A DNA stretch of 64,000 nucleotides from a virus, in IMG/VR virus record IMGVR_UViG_3300045988_113168; one strand, 5' to 3'. The position numbers and the translations under genes are program-made. Positions 9,305 through 19,363 of this stretch are shown here, piece after piece; within the stretch, counting starts at the first letter, position 1; each line of letters opens with the position of its first letter. The notes beneath the pieces are model-generated. The model was not told where the DNA came from. It did no database searches and worked only from the letters and a program-made list of their open reading frames with translations.

Positions 9305-9529
9305 ATGGTAACCGATATTCTTAATAGAGAGATTCATGTTGGCGATACGGTGCTTAGAGCTAGAACTCGAAAAGGTCGCGGAGTTCTTTGGAGCATTCAT
9401 GAAGTTGTCTCCGTTATGAACGTAATGATTAAAGTTCAAGACGGAAAGTACACAACGAATGTTGCACCCAGGAATTGTATCGTAATTGACGAGAGTGACA
9501 TTCCTGAAAACTGGCAGGACGAATATTAA
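9305..9529 (+). CDS. Hypothetical protein
   Basis: RBS AAGGAGG upstream. 74 aa. Confidence 0.55.
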   Translation: MVTDILNREIHVGDTVLRARTRKGRGVLWSIHEVVSVMNVMIKVQDGKYTTNVAPRNCIVIDESDIPENWQDEY

Positions 9530-9539
9530 GGAGAGTTGA

Positions 9540-10256
9540 ATGACTGTTGATTTGATCGCGTACACACAGCGAGTTGTTCCTACAAGTGATAAGAATCCTT
9601 TAGATATTGTGGAGGAAGCTGCGAGTATTTGTTACGATTCTTCAATGACTGACGATTATAAGATTGCCAAGGGATGTAAGGCAAGCGGTCACTATTCTGT
9701 GCTTGAGCACATCAATTTTACGTTTTACGTCAAAGATGTAAGCCGAGCACTTCTGGCGCAGATTAGTCGTCATCGACATATTAGCATGAGCTGCCGCAGC
9801 CAGCGTTATTGCAACGAGGATGGATTCAAATATGTGAACCCGTTTACCGGTGAAGATGCGGATGTTTTCGATAATATGATGTCGGACATTGATACCGATT
9901 ATCAGATTCTCAAGAAGTATCACAACGCCAAAAACGAAGATGCCCGTGCAGTTCTGCCAAATGCTTGCTGTACAGAGTTTTACATTACGATGAATGCTCG
10001 TGCTTTGATTGAGATGAGTCATCTTCGACTTTGTTCCAGGGCTCAAAAAGAAATCCGCGAGATGTTTACAGAAATGAAGAAGGAAGTTGCACAGGTTTGT
10101 CCTGAAGTAGCAAACTGGATGGTTCCTTCCTGCGAGGCTAATCCGAAGTATCCGTTCTGCCCAGAAGGTCGTGGTTGCTGTGGTCGTCACCCGAAGCTGG
10201 CAGATGTTTATAAGTCTATTGAAAAGAATAAGGAGGTTATTGATGGAAACACTTGA
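9540..10256 (+). CDS. thyX: Flavin-dependent thymidylate synthase ThyX
   Basis: ThyX signature SRHRHISMSCRSQRY (RHRxxSxxxxSQRY). RBS AAGGAG. Confidence 0.9.
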   Translation: MTVDLIAYTQRVVPTSDKNPLDIVEEAASICYDSSMTDDYKIAKGCKASGHYSVLEHINFTFYVKDVSRALLAQISRHRHISMSCRSQRYCNEDGFKYVNPFTGEDADVFDNMMSDIDTDYQILKKYHNAKNEDARAVLPNACCTEFYITMNARALIEMSHLRLCSRAQKEIREMFTEMKKEVAQVCPEVANWMVPSCEANPKYPFCPEGRGCCGRHPKLADVYKSIEKNKEVIDGNT

Positions 10257-10728
10257 CGAAATTAAGAAGAATGTCGAGCACCCGTCCCATTACGGCGGTG
10301 CAGACAATCCCTACGAGGCCATCAAAGTACTGCGAGAGTGGCAACTGGACAAGGATGCTTATCTTTGGAATGTTGGTAAGTATCTGAGCCGTGCAGGGCA
10401 CAAGGATGGCAATTCACTGCTTCAAGATTTGACGAAGGCACGTTGGTATTTGGACTATAAAATCCGACTTTTAGAGGAACAACAGAAGATTGCTGAAAAT
10501 GTCGTAGATACGCTCAAGAAAGTTCCTAGTGAGGTCACTGATAAGCTGACTACGATGCCGAAAAAAGACAGCCAAGGAAATTTTTACGATCCTAGACTTA
10601 ATTGTTTGGTAAACGATTGCGTTTACCGTCCTGATGATTCATTCAAAGAAAAGCTGGCAAAAGCAAAGCCGATGTGCAACATCGAGACTGCCGTGGTTCC
10701 TGATTGTGCTGATGAGGTCAAGTTCTAA
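10243..10728 (+). CDS. DUF3310-like phage protein
   Basis: RBS AAGGAGG before ATG 10243. HPSHYGG...YEAIKV motif as recalled for DUF3310. Confidence 0.6.
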   Translation: METLDEIKKNVEHPSHYGGADNPYEAIKVLREWQLDKDAYLWNVGKYLSRAGHKDGNSLLQDLTKARWYLDYKIRLLEEQQKIAENVVDTLKKVPSEVTDKLTTMPKKDSQGNFYDPRLNCLVNDCVYRPDDSFKEKLAKAKPMCNIETAVVPDCADEVKF

Positions 10729-10741
10729 GAGGTTTACATAA

Positions 10742-10834
10742 ATGAGATACAACTGGGAATATCCGCTGGTAGCGTTGATGCTCCTAGCTATGATAATGAC
10801 ATTTTGGTTTTCTAAGGTCGTCCTTGGAATTTAA
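10742..10834 (+). CDS. Possible small membrane peptide (30 aa)
   Basis: MRYNWEYPLVALMLLAMIMTFWFSKVVLGI. Weak GAGG upstream. Confidence 0.3.
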   Translation: MRYNWEYPLVALMLLAMIMTFWFSKVVLGI

Positions 10835-10846
10835 AGGAGTGATTGC

Positions 10847-13057
10847 ATGGAATATGTGATTAAACGCGATGGAACGAAAGTTCCTTTTGATAAAAGTAAG
10901 ATTGTAAATGCGATTGAGAAGGCGATGAATGATTCTTCAGATCCTGTTGACCACAAGCTGAGTGATAGTATTGCATCGGAAATCGCAGCCATTGACTCTA
11001 CTATGGATGTAGAAGCGATTCAGAATGCAGTTGAGAATCGTCTTATGCAGAGTGGCTATTACGAGACGACTCGTTCTTATATGAATTACCGATATCTGCA
11101 TGGTATTGCTCGCAGCAATTATAAAGAGCTGATGGATGCAGTCGAAGAGAAACTTCTCGGCAAAAAGATTGATAACCAGAATGCCAATGTTGATGAAGCA
11201 TCTTTTGGCGGTCGTATTGGCGAGATGAGCCGGGTGGTTTCAAAGCGATATGCCCTTGACTACTGCATGTCTAAGATGGCTCGTGAAAATCACGAGAACA
11301 ACGAGATTTATATCCACGATCTCGATAGCTACGCAGTTGGTATGCACAATTGCTTGAGTATTCCGTTTGATGATCTGCTTGCGAATGGTTTTAACACTCG
11401 ACAGACTGATGTTCGCCCTGCACAATCCATCAGTACGGCATTCCAGCTTGTCGCAGTCATCTTCCAGATTCAAAGTCTTCAGCAGTTCGGCGGCGTGAGC
11501 GCAACACACCTAGACTGGACTATGGTTCCTTATGTACGGAAGAGCTTTTCGAAGCATTTTAAAGATGGGATTAAATACCTTCAGCCTGAAGATGACCCCA
11601 ATAGAGTACCCAAAGAATTATCTTTTAATGACTTAGAGGCTAATGATCCAAGGAATGCAAAAGTGTATCAGTATGCAATGGACATGACAAAGCGAGAATT
11701 GAATCAAGCCGTTGAAGGCATGTACCATAATCTGAATACACTCCAATCACGTAGCGGAAATCAGCTTCCGTTCACGTCTATCAACTATGGCACATGTACG
11801 TTGCCTGAAGGCCGAATGGTTATCGAAGCATTGCTAAATGCTTCCATTAAGGGTATCGGCAAATTACATAGAACTAGCATTTTCCCTTGTGGTATTTTCC
11901 AGATGGCTAAGGGAATCAATCGTGCTCCCGGGGACCCTAATTACGATATGTATCAGCTGGCACTGCGTTCCACCGCACAGCGTCTTTATCCTAATTATGC
12001 CAATGTCGATTGGAGCGGCAATGAAGGATACGATAAAAATAACGTAAAAACGTATTTTTCTACGATGGGCTGTAGGACTGCAAATGGTTGGGATGTCAAC
12101 GGCTTTGAGCAGTTGAAGGATGGCCGAGGGAATATCTGTCCTGTTACGATTATTCTTCCTACTCTTGCAATGGAAGCGAAGGAGTGCATCATTAAAAACG
12201 CCACTGGAGAAGACCTTGAAGGACAGACTGTAGCCAAGTTTATGTCCATGCTTGACCAGAAGTTGCATGAAGCAAAAGATATGCTGATTGAACGCTTCGA
12301 GTGGATTTGTTCTCAGTCTCCTGAGTCTGCAAAATTCATGTGGGAGAATGGAACCATGGCCGGATATGACGGAAGAGATATTCGTTCTGCTCTGAAACAT
12401 GGCACGTTGGCTGTTGGTCTGCTCGGCATGGCTGAAACTCTTCAGATTTTGATTGGAGAAGATCAAACTTGTGATAATGGCCTTGAGCTTGCAAAGAAAA
12501 TTTGTCAGCTCTACAAAGATCGCTGCGACGAATTCAAGCACAAGTATTCTTTGAATTTTGGCGTGTACTTTACGCCCGCAGAAAACCTTTGTTTTACTGC
12601 CATGCAGAGATTTAAGGCTAAATATGGTGATATCAAAAATGTTTCAGACAAAGAGTTCTTCACTAACAGTGTCCATGTTCCGGTATGGCGAGAAGTGACA
12701 CCGTTTGAAAAGATCGATATTGAGTCTCAGCTTGACGGATATTCAAGCGCAGGCTGCATCGCGTATGTAGAGCTCGACTCGACTGTAAAGAATAATCTCG
12801 GTGCGCTGGAAACAATTGTGAACTATGCAATGGATCATGACATTCCGTATTTTGCAGTGAATGTTCCAAATGATACCTGTATGGAGTGCGGCTATTGCGA
12901 TGAGATTGGTGATACTTGCCCTGAGTGTGGTAGCCACAACATTCGACGTCTTCGTCGTGTGACGGGATATCTCACGGGCGATTATACAACGGCTTTCAAT
13001 CTTGGTAAGCAGCAGGAAGTTGAGCTTCGTGTTAAGCACAATCGAGTGATTCATTAA
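10847..13057 (+). CDS. nrdD: Anaerobic ribonucleoside-triphosphate reductase (class III RNR) NrdD
   Basis: N-terminal ATP-cone (VIKRDGTKVPFDKSKI). C-terminal Zn site CMECGY...CPECGS. Glycyl-radical motif RRVTGYL. Confidence 0.9.
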   Translation: MEYVIKRDGTKVPFDKSKIVNAIEKAMNDSSDPVDHKLSDSIASEIAAIDSTMDVEAIQNAVENRLMQSGYYETTRSYMNYRYLHGIARSNYKELMDAVEEKLLGKKIDNQNANVDEASFGGRIGEMSRVVSKRYALDYCMSKMARENHENNEIYIHDLDSYAVGMHNCLSIPFDDLLANGFNTRQTDVRPAQSISTAFQLVAVIFQIQSLQQFGGVSATHLDWTMVPYVRKSFSKHFKDGIKYLQPEDDPNRVPKELSFNDLEANDPRNAKVYQYAMDMTKRELNQAVEGMYHNLNTLQSRSGNQLPFTSINYGTCTLPEGRMVIEALLNASIKGIGKLHRTSIFPCGIFQMAKGINRAPGDPNYDMYQLALRSTAQRLYPNYANVDWSGNEGYDKNNVKTYFSTMGCRTANGWDVNGFEQLKDGRGNICPVTIILPTLAMEAKECIIKNATGEDLEGQTVAKFMSMLDQKLHEAKDMLIERFEWICSQSPESAKFMWENGTMAGYDGRDIRSALKHGTLAVGLLGMAETLQILIGEDQTCDNGLELAKKICQLYKDRCDEFKHKYSLNFGVYFTPAENLCFTAMQRFKAKYGDIKNVSDKEFFTNSVHVPVWREVTPFEKIDIESQLDGYSSAGCIAYVELDSTVKNNLGALETIVNYAMDHDIPYFAVNVPNDTCMECGYCDEIGDTCPECGSHNIRRLRRVTGYLTGDYTTAFNLGKQQEVELRVKHNRVIH

Positions 13058-13087
13058 CGTGTAAGTGGTGGGTTGGTGGGATTACAT

Positions 13088-13165
13088 ATGAAAGAAATTA
13101 TTGTTTTCTTTGTGATTGTATGGGTTATCGCCTATTACATTTTAAAAGATAACTACAAAGGTTAA
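13088..13165 (+). CDS. Possible small membrane peptide (25 aa)
   Basis: MKEIIVFFVIVWVIAYYILKDNYKG, just upstream of the SPFH gene. Confidence 0.3.
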   Translation: MKEIIVFFVIVWVIAYYILKDNYKG

Positions 13166-13175
13166 GGAGATACTT

Positions 13176-14027
13176 ATGAAGAAATTTATGGCAATTTTTG
13201 TTGCATTTCTCGTTGCAGTTGGCGTAGTGCTTTGTACCGAGCGGGTACATACCGGTTATGTAGGTGTTGTGTATTCTGCCAAGGGTGTTGAGCAGCAGAC
13301 TATTTCTCAGGGCTGGCACTTTATGAGTCCCCTGAAGCATGTGTCTGAGTTCCCGATTACTCAGCAGCGAGTGGTATTTTCTAATGCTCCGTCCGACTAT
13401 GGCGCAAAGGAACACGCAGATTGGCACATTGACGCTCCTGCTAATGGCGGTACGATTGCAATCAATCTGACTGTAAACTATAACTTCCTGCCGGAGCATG
13501 TTGTTGAACTGTACACCAAGTTTGGTGGCATGGATGGTGAGAGCCTGATGGAGAGCAAAATCCAGAATGACATTATTGCTTATGTTAAGGAAGTCACTCC
13601 TCAGTTCAGTGTTATGCAGATTTATTCTGATGACCGTGCAGGTGTTAATACTGCAATCACCAACTATCTGAATGAGAAGTTGACCGCAGAATATGGTATC
13701 AATGTTTCTTCCGCACTGATTGTTGACGCACAGCCTGATGATACCCTGATGCAGAAGATTCGTGCTAAGGAGCAGGCAAAGCAGGACGCAGAGATTGCTG
13801 AGCTGAATAAGCAGACCGCTCTGGCTCAGGCAGAGACTGATAAAGTTAAGGCACAGACGGAAGCTGACGTTAAGATGATTGAAGCACAGGCCGAGGCTGA
13901 TGCAAATAAGGTGCTTTCCGAATCTATCACTCCTGAACTGATTCAGATGAAGGAAGCAGAAGCTCGCCTGAAGCATGGTTGGGTTACCGTACAGGGTGCC
14001 GATACAGTCGTTACCAAGGGTGAGTAA
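13176..14027 (+). CDS. SPFH/band-7 (prohibitin-like) membrane protein
   Basis: N-terminal TM segment, an SPFH-like core, and an Ala/Glu/Gln-rich coiled-coil tail (AKEQAKQDAEIAEL...). Confidence 0.7.
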   Translation: MKKFMAIFVAFLVAVGVVLCTERVHTGYVGVVYSAKGVEQQTISQGWHFMSPLKHVSEFPITQQRVVFSNAPSDYGAKEHADWHIDAPANGGTIAINLTVNYNFLPEHVVELYTKFGGMDGESLMESKIQNDIIAYVKEVTPQFSVMQIYSDDRAGVNTAITNYLNEKLTAEYGINVSSALIVDAQPDDTLMQKIRAKEQAKQDAEIAELNKQTALAQAETDKVKAQTEADVKMIEAQAEADANKVLSESITPELIQMKEAEARLKHGWVTVQGADTVVTKGE

Positions 14028-14042
14028 ACGAGGCTTTATAAA

Positions 14043-14270
14043 ATGAAAATTCTTAAAAATTCTGGTGACACATTCTTCAAACGCATTGGAATTGGCGAAG
14101 CGTTTTATTGGGGTGGAGACCTGTTTATTAAATTGCAACCATGTGAAGATTTAAATGGGATCACTGCTGTTTGCTTAAAAGATGGACACTCGTATCTAAT
14201 GAGTGACCATGATATTGTGCAAGTAGCTCATGTTCATATTGAAGAGGATAAGCCGGAGGTGATGGTTTGA
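14043..14270 (+). CDS. Hypothetical protein
   Basis: 75-aa ORF in the operon. Confidence 0.5.
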   Translation: MKILKNSGDTFFKRIGIGEAFYWGGDLFIKLQPCEDLNGITAVCLKDGHSYLMSDHDIVQVAHVHIEEDKPEVMV

Positions 14271-14461
14271 ACTCATTTAAGAATATTCTAGGAGCAATCC
14301 TTGTGTTTGCAGTAACCTACTTTGTGTCGTGGACAATCTCCACTGCACTCATCTGGGTTATTTATCAGCTATTCAGTTTGAATTTTAATATCAAAGTTGC
14401 GACAGGCATTTGGCTGGTGCTTATTTTGATTGAAGGATTCTTGAAAGGAAGTCGAAAGTAA
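14267..14461 (+). CDS. Small membrane protein
   Basis: TTG start overlapping the stop (TTGA). Two hydrophobic segments. Confidence 0.45.
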   Translation: MNSFKNILGAILVFAVTYFVSWTISTALIWVIYQLFSLNFNIKVATGIWLVLILIEGFLKGSRK

Positions 14462-14739
14462 TGGGGTGGTATCGTAAGAAACCTGTTGTCGTCGAAGCAT
14501 TTCAGCTTGGAATTGATTATATTCCGGACTGGTTTATGAATAAGGTGACAGACAGAACGGTTACTTTGCATGGGTTGAGTAGCGGATTTATTCACGTTCC
14601 AGACACTAACGCAGACATCGAAACGTTGGAAGGTGTGATGCACGCAAACTACGGAGACTATATTATCCGTGGCGTGAACGGAGAGATTTACTCTTGCAAG
14701 CCCGATATCTTTGAAAAGACATACGAGGAAGTAAACTAA
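14461..14739 (+). CDS. Hypothetical protein
   Basis: TAATG overlap with the previous gene. 92 aa. Confidence 0.55.
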   Translation: MGWYRKKPVVVEAFQLGIDYIPDWFMNKVTDRTVTLHGLSSGFIHVPDTNADIETLEGVMHANYGDYIIRGVNGEIYSCKPDIFEKTYEEVN

Positions 14740-14775
14740 CAAGCAGGGTGGGTGTGGTGGCATGAAGGGAGCTAT

Positions 14776-14952
14776 ATGAATTATTGGTCAGTAGAAGTCC
14801 TGTTTTATGAAGATGGAATTCAGGCAACTAATACATATTATGTCCGAGCATACGATCAGAATGAAGCTATGAATAAGGCACGGCATCGTTTTGAAAAATC
14901 TCATCCCGGTATGAGCTGCATGGTTCAGAATGTAGAAAAGGCAGGTGGCTGA
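14776..14952 (+). CDS. Hypothetical protein
   Basis: ATG 14776 after AAGGGA. The ORF track starts it at GTG 14752. Confidence 0.45.
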   Translation: MNYWSVEVLFYEDGIQATNTYYVRAYDQNEAMNKARHRFEKSHPGMSCMVQNVEKAGG

Positions 14953-14953
14953 G

Positions 14954-15304
14954 ATGGACTTCAAATGTAAGTGTGGCAGTAAATCTCTCTTTATCCAGAA
15001 CAAAGGTAGCCAGATTGGTCTGTATTGCTCTGTTTGTGGTAAGTGGCAGAAATGGCTCACCAAGGACGAAGTGAGACAGTTTGAGTACGAGACGAATACG
15101 TTGGACTCAAAAGGAAACAATCCTGATGATGATTTTTATGAAAAATTCGCCTTAACTCCATGGGGCTGCCTACACTGTGCTTTTAGAGATTTTGGACTAG
15201 ATCTTCCTGAAATACCTGGTAAGATGGCCGATACTCTTATGGAAGATTTCTTCGAGATTATGAAAAAGCACGGATTGTGGAGAAAGAGTAAGAATGATTG
15301 CTAA
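14954..15304 (+). CDS. Hypothetical zinc-ribbon protein
   Basis: ATG 14954 after AGGTGG. CKCG...CSVCG motif. Confidence 0.5.
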   Translation: MDFKCKCGSKSLFIQNKGSQIGLYCSVCGKWQKWLTKDEVRQFEYETNTLDSKGNNPDDDFYEKFALTPWGCLHCAFRDFGLDLPEIPGKMADTLMEDFFEIMKKHGLWRKSKNDC

Positions 15305-15449
15305 AATCTTGAAACGTCTACTCCGTTGGTTTCTTCCAGAATGCAGCCGATGTGGTGGTGTGATGCTCTACGATGCAAAACATAGTTGGTATGATAAATG
15401 GCACTTCGTCTGTGACACTTGCGGTAGAGAGAAATGGGGGACTTTATGA
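15294..15449 (+). CDS. Small zinc-ribbon protein (51 aa)
   Basis: Below the track cutoff. CSRCGG...CDTCG. Confidence 0.4.
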   Translation: MIAKILKRLLRWFLPECSRCGGVMLYDAKHSWYDKWHFVCDTCGREKWGTL

Positions 15450-15512
15450 AACTATGGGGGCGTTTTTACAAACTTTTATGACGGCATCACGATTGACGGT
15501 AGAGAAGTTCTT

Positions 15513-15815
15513 GTGTCTGAACATGATACGAAAGATGATGCATTAAAAGAGGCAATTAGATACGGACTTCAAATTCTGAATCATTTCAAAACAGATGACT
15601 TTATGAATGAACGTCTGTATGGAAAACAAGAACCTGACGATAAGTATAAACTGACTGTTGCGTACGAACCTGCTTCCGTTACTCTTTACGAAAAACGAGA
15701 GACCGATATGGTTCCAGTTCGTAAATGGCCTTGTAAAGAAGTTTACGATATGGATTCGGAAGATTTATTTATGTTCTCTATCGAGGGGAATGCGGGGTTG
15801 TTTACAACTTTATAA
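15513..15815 (+). CDS. Hypothetical protein
   Basis: GTG start, 100 aa. The start is uncertain. Confidence 0.4.
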   Translation: MSEHDTKDDALKEAIRYGLQILNHFKTDDFMNERLYGKQEPDDKYKLTVAYEPASVTLYEKRETDMVPVRKWPCKEVYDMDSEDLFMFSIEGNAGLFTTL

Positions 15816-15840
15816 AAGTGCCGTTTTAGGAGGTGCCAAT

Positions 15841-16236
15841 ATGAAAAAGTGGACTAAAGACATTCTTGAAGCTAATGGATATGAGCTGAGAAACGCATAC
15901 ATTAAAAATGTATCTTTTGGAATAAAAGATTACGGATTTCTTTCTCTTGCACTCACTTTAGAAGGTGATGGATGGGGAGTAAATTACATAGGCCCTTCTA
16001 TCGGTAGAAGATTCTACATCAATGGAGAGTTTATTAAAGATGGGAATGCCGCAAATTTTGAAGGTTATGAAGGCGGAGCTGAAGCTATCGTAAGAATTTT
16101 AGATGTTGTTGATTGTTCTGAACTTGAATCACTAAAAGGAAAATATATCCGTGCAGCTATCAAAAGAGGAGAGTCTGTGAAAATCATCGGTAACATCATC
16201 AAAGATCAGTGGTTTGATTTACGGTTCATTCTTTGA
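15841..16236 (+). CDS. Hypothetical protein
   Basis: ATG 15841 after AGGAGGTG. Confidence 0.55.
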   Translation: MKKWTKDILEANGYELRNAYIKNVSFGIKDYGFLSLALTLEGDGWGVNYIGPSIGRRFYINGEFIKDGNAANFEGYEGGAEAIVRILDVVDCSELESLKGKYIRAAIKRGESVKIIGNIIKDQWFDLRFIL

Positions 16237-16284
16237 TGATATGGTAAACGACGCTGACGATAATAAGGGTACTGAGGTAGAGTG

Positions 16285-16464
16285 ATGACAGATGAAGAAA
16301 AACTCAATTTATACCATAGACTTTTCAAAAGAATGAAAGCAAGAGCTTTATTGATGTCTACGGCAGAAAAGCATACCTATATGAGAGCCGTTGGCACGAA
16401 CGAATTAAAATGGATTCTTAAAAAGGAACTTGAATTATCAGATGAGGATTTAAAACATGATTAA
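16285..16464 (+). CDS. Hypothetical protein
   Basis: ATG after GAGGTAGAGTG. Confidence 0.5.
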   Translation: MTDEEKLNLYHRLFKRMKARALLMSTAEKHTYMRAVGTNELKWILKKELELSDEDLKHD

Positions 16465-16618
16465 CAATCCTTTTGTAGAAGATGGTATCATTTCCTGCCA
16501 GTGCTGTGGCAGTGGTGAATATCTCTTTAATGAAGATGGTAACCGTAATGGTTACTGTGGTAACTGCGGGGCTAGAATCGACTGGCCGGAGGACAACGAT
16601 GAAGAAAGTAACACTTGA
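16457..16618 (+). CDS. Small zinc-ribbon protein (53 aa)
   Basis: CQCCGS...CGNCG. Overlaps both neighbours. Confidence 0.4.
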   Translation: MINNPFVEDGIISCQCCGSGEYLFNEDGNRNGYCGNCGARIDWPEDNDEESNT

Positions 16619-16946
16619 ACTTTTGGTTGATGAAAACGGAGACGAAGATATCAACCCAATTAAGAGTGAGATCGAGAGTGCTTTTCAACATTGTTATCAT
16701 AATATAAAGTTGGTTTCATACGAAGAAGAAAGCATCGATGCACGATGGTTTTGCGCGAAAGACGTAACTCCTCCAGTCCCAGAGTACGGAATGTGTTCAG
16801 AGGATGTCATCATAAAATACAAGGACGGAACAGAAAGCGTTGCGTGCATCACATTTAATGGTGAGTGGTATGATACTGATTATTATGAGGTTGCCGATAC
16901 GGTAGTGTATTGGCGATACATGACAGATGATGAGAAAAATTCCTGA
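16599..16946 (+). CDS. Hypothetical acidic protein
   Basis: ATG 16599, in frame with track ORF 16482-16946. Confidence 0.5.
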   Translation: MKKVTLELLVDENGDEDINPIKSEIESAFQHCYHNIKLVSYEEESIDARWFCAKDVTPPVPEYGMCSEDVIIKYKDGTESVACITFNGEWYDTDYYEVADTVVYWRYMTDDEKNS

Positions 16947-17032
16947 TTTTTTGCTAAAATTATTTAACGCATTATCGCAATAAATTCTTGACAAATTTTG
17001 ATAGAATTCCGCTTTTATTAGAAAGGAAAAGT

Positions 17033-17341
17033 ATGTTTAAGACTTTCAAAAATACTGCCGTATGCGTACTTCTAGCAGCTATTATACTGACTGGGTGCAG
17101 TGCAAGTGTGAAAGACTCAGTAGGAAATGTAGCTGTAGGGAATGGCTGGTTCTATCGTATCAGTGATACCCCTATGGTATACGACAAGGATACACGCATT
17201 ATGTATTACTTATTCTCTAAATGTATAGGCAATCAAGGCTACGGTTATATGTCTCCTTATTATAATGAGCACGGTCAGATGTGCTACTACGTTGATGGTC
17301 AGGTTATTCCAATCGAGGAGGTGTTAATTGATGCTGACTGA
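17033..17341 (+). CDS. Putative lipoprotein
   Basis: Signal peptide with lipobox LTGC (MFKTFKNTAVCVLLAAIILTGCS). Confidence 0.6.
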   Translation: MFKTFKNTAVCVLLAAIILTGCSASVKDSVGNVAVGNGWFYRISDTPMVYDKDTRIMYYLFSKCIGNQGYGYMSPYYNEHGQMCYYVDGQVIPIEEVLIDAD

Positions 17342-17531
17342 GATTGTTTGGTTTATGATCAAAGCTTATATTGTTTTAATTTTCATCGCAGCAGCAATTC
17401 GCTCTGAACAGATTCTGTATGATACCTCTACATATATTTTTCGAGGTGACAAAAAGAATGGAATGTATGGCTGTGTCGTGCTGAATGTTTTTATTATCGT
17501 TTGTGTAAGTATGTGGACGGTGATGTTTTAA
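17331..17531 (+). CDS. Small membrane protein
   Basis: ATG after GAGGAGGTG. Two TM segments. Confidence 0.5.
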   Translation: MLTEIVWFMIKAYIVLIFIAAAIRSEQILYDTSTYIFRGDKKNGMYGCVVLNVFIIVCVSMWTVMF

Positions 17532-17810
17532 ATGAACTACATGAAACTAGTTAATGCTGATAGATTAAAGGATTGTCTTTTGCTGGAAGGAAACCTTGGA
17601 CATATCAAAACTCTAAAAGATGTTGAACGAGTTATTGATTTTCAAGTAGATTGCCAGCCAACAACTGTATTTGAGTTCGTAGATAATTGTGAGAACTCGG
17701 CATGGGTGTGTGATTATTGTGGTGGCGGAATTAAAGGGCAAGAGTCACCCGAAAGCCTTGGCTATAATCGCTGCCCGTTCTGTGGTCTTTTAATCGAGGT
17801 GGGAAAATGA
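17532..17810 (+). CDS. Hypothetical zinc-ribbon protein
   Basis: CDYCGG...CPFCG. Confidence 0.5.
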   Translation: MNYMKLVNADRLKDCLLLEGNLGHIKTLKDVERVIDFQVDCQPTTVFEFVDNCENSAWVCDYCGGGIKGQESPESLGYNRCPFCGLLIEVGK

Positions 17811-18352
17811 ACTACATGAAAATTGTTCCCTGTGACATAGCGAATGGCGAAGGTGTGCGCGTAAGTCTTTTCGTTTCGGGGTGTAACCATCATTGTCCTG
17901 GTTGCCATAACCAGCAAACGTGGGATGCAAACGCAGGCCAGCCATTTACAGAAGAAACGCTAGACGAACTAATTGAGTTGCTTCGACCAGATTACATTCA
18001 GGGGCTAACTCTTACTGGTGGAGATCCAATGTATCCAGAAAATCGAGAAATAATCAGTGATATTATTTATAAAGTCTTAGTTGAGTTTGGAGATAAAAAA
18101 GATATCTGGATGTGGACTGGATATACCTATGAAGAATTACTAAGCCAGATAAATCCGCTCAATAAAAATGATGACATCGATATGATTTTAAATCTTATCG
18201 ATGTCATCGTGGATGGCCCATATATTGAATCAAAACGTGACATCTCACTACCTTATATGGGAAGCTCCAATCAGAGAGTTATCGATTGCATGAAAACTAC
18301 TGGATACGACAATATAGTCCTTTGGTGGGCTCCAGAAGAGAAAGGAAAATAA
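17807..18352 (+). CDS. nrdG: Anaerobic RNR activating protein NrdG (radical SAM)
   Basis: Cluster motif GCNHHCPGCHN (CxxxCxxC). ATGA overlap with the previous gene. Confidence 0.85.
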   Translation: MNYMKIVPCDIANGEGVRVSLFVSGCNHHCPGCHNQQTWDANAGQPFTEETLDELIELLRPDYIQGLTLTGGDPMYPENREIISDIIYKVLVEFGDKKDIWMWTGYTYEELLSQINPLNKNDDIDMILNLIDVIVDGPYIESKRDISLPYMGSSNQRVIDCMKTTGYDNIVLWWAPEEKGK

Positions 18353-18353
18353 T

Positions 18354-18887
18354 ATGGATTTAGGAAATTACGAAAAGTTCCCAGATAGCAATGTTTTTAC
18401 CACTATTTATCATCCGAATATTAAGATCAATAAACTACACGATGATGCTCGTCTGCCGACTTATGGTTCTAAAAATGCTGCTTGTGCAGACCTGTACGCC
18501 TATATCGGTTTTGATGACGCAACGATTGTAAACAAGAATGGTGATCGCTGCATTATGATTCAGCCGCATGAGACCGTTAAGGTACATACTGGTTTGCGGA
18601 TGGCTCCGCCGGAAGGTTGGTATGTCGCTATCTATGCTCGCAGTGGTATGGCAACGAAGCAGGGGCTTGCACCTGCGAATAAAACAGGGGTTTGTGATCA
18701 GGATTACCGTGGAGAATATATCGTAGCACTACATAATCATTCCAATATCCCTCAAATGATTACTCATGGCGACCGCATTGCTCAGATGGCAGTTGTTCCG
18801 TTCTGGCAGGCTGATTTTGAAGAGGTTTCCGAATTGGACGAAACGGAGCGTGGAGCGGGCGGTTTTGGTTCTACTGGAAAACAGTAA
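18354..18887 (+). CDS. dut: dUTP diphosphatase
   Basis: ARSGMATKQGL and C-terminal RGAGGFGSTG motifs. Confidence 0.85.
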   Translation: MDLGNYEKFPDSNVFTTIYHPNIKINKLHDDARLPTYGSKNAACADLYAYIGFDDATIVNKNGDRCIMIQPHETVKVHTGLRMAPPEGWYVAIYARSGMATKQGLAPANKTGVCDQDYRGEYIVALHNHSNIPQMITHGDRIAQMAVVPFWQADFEEVSELDETERGAGGFGSTGKQ

Positions 18888-19360
18888 TGGAGAGAATTAT
18901 GGGAAAAACAATTGATACATCCGAGCTTCTGTATCGGATGGGCAAGTACGCAGAAATCGATGTTGGAGAAGAAAAACATGATGCGTTTATGCATTTCATG
19001 CTTCTTTTAACTCGCACAATTGAGAAGATGCCGAATGCTGCGCTAACGCATAAGAATCCAATTGATGATGAGATTATGGAGAATCAGTACAAGCTAGTGA
19101 ACGCAATCTCACTGGTAACCGGTCGCACTCGAAACGATGGCTGGTATCCCACTTGGATTGGCATGGCCATGAAGATTGTGCGTCTGAAGAGTGGAGAATC
19201 AGCTGGTTTCCTGTACATCAAAGATAATGAGGGACACGACTATCCGGGTGCAATGCATACATCTTGTGTTGTTGATTACTACATCTCAAGTGACAAGAAA
19301 AATGTTATTGTCCAGACCGAAAACACAATTTATAAGTTTGAAAAAATTGAGGAGAACTAA
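18887..19360 (+). CDS. Hypothetical protein
   Basis: TAATG overlap. 157 aa. Confidence 0.55.
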   Translation: MERIMGKTIDTSELLYRMGKYAEIDVGEEKHDAFMHFMLLLTRTIEKMPNAALTHKNPIDDEIMENQYKLVNAISLVTGRTRNDGWYPTWIGMAMKIVRLKSGESAGFLYIKDNEGHDYPGAMHTSCVVDYYISSDKKNVIVQTENTIYKFEKIEEN

Positions 19361-19363
19361 ATT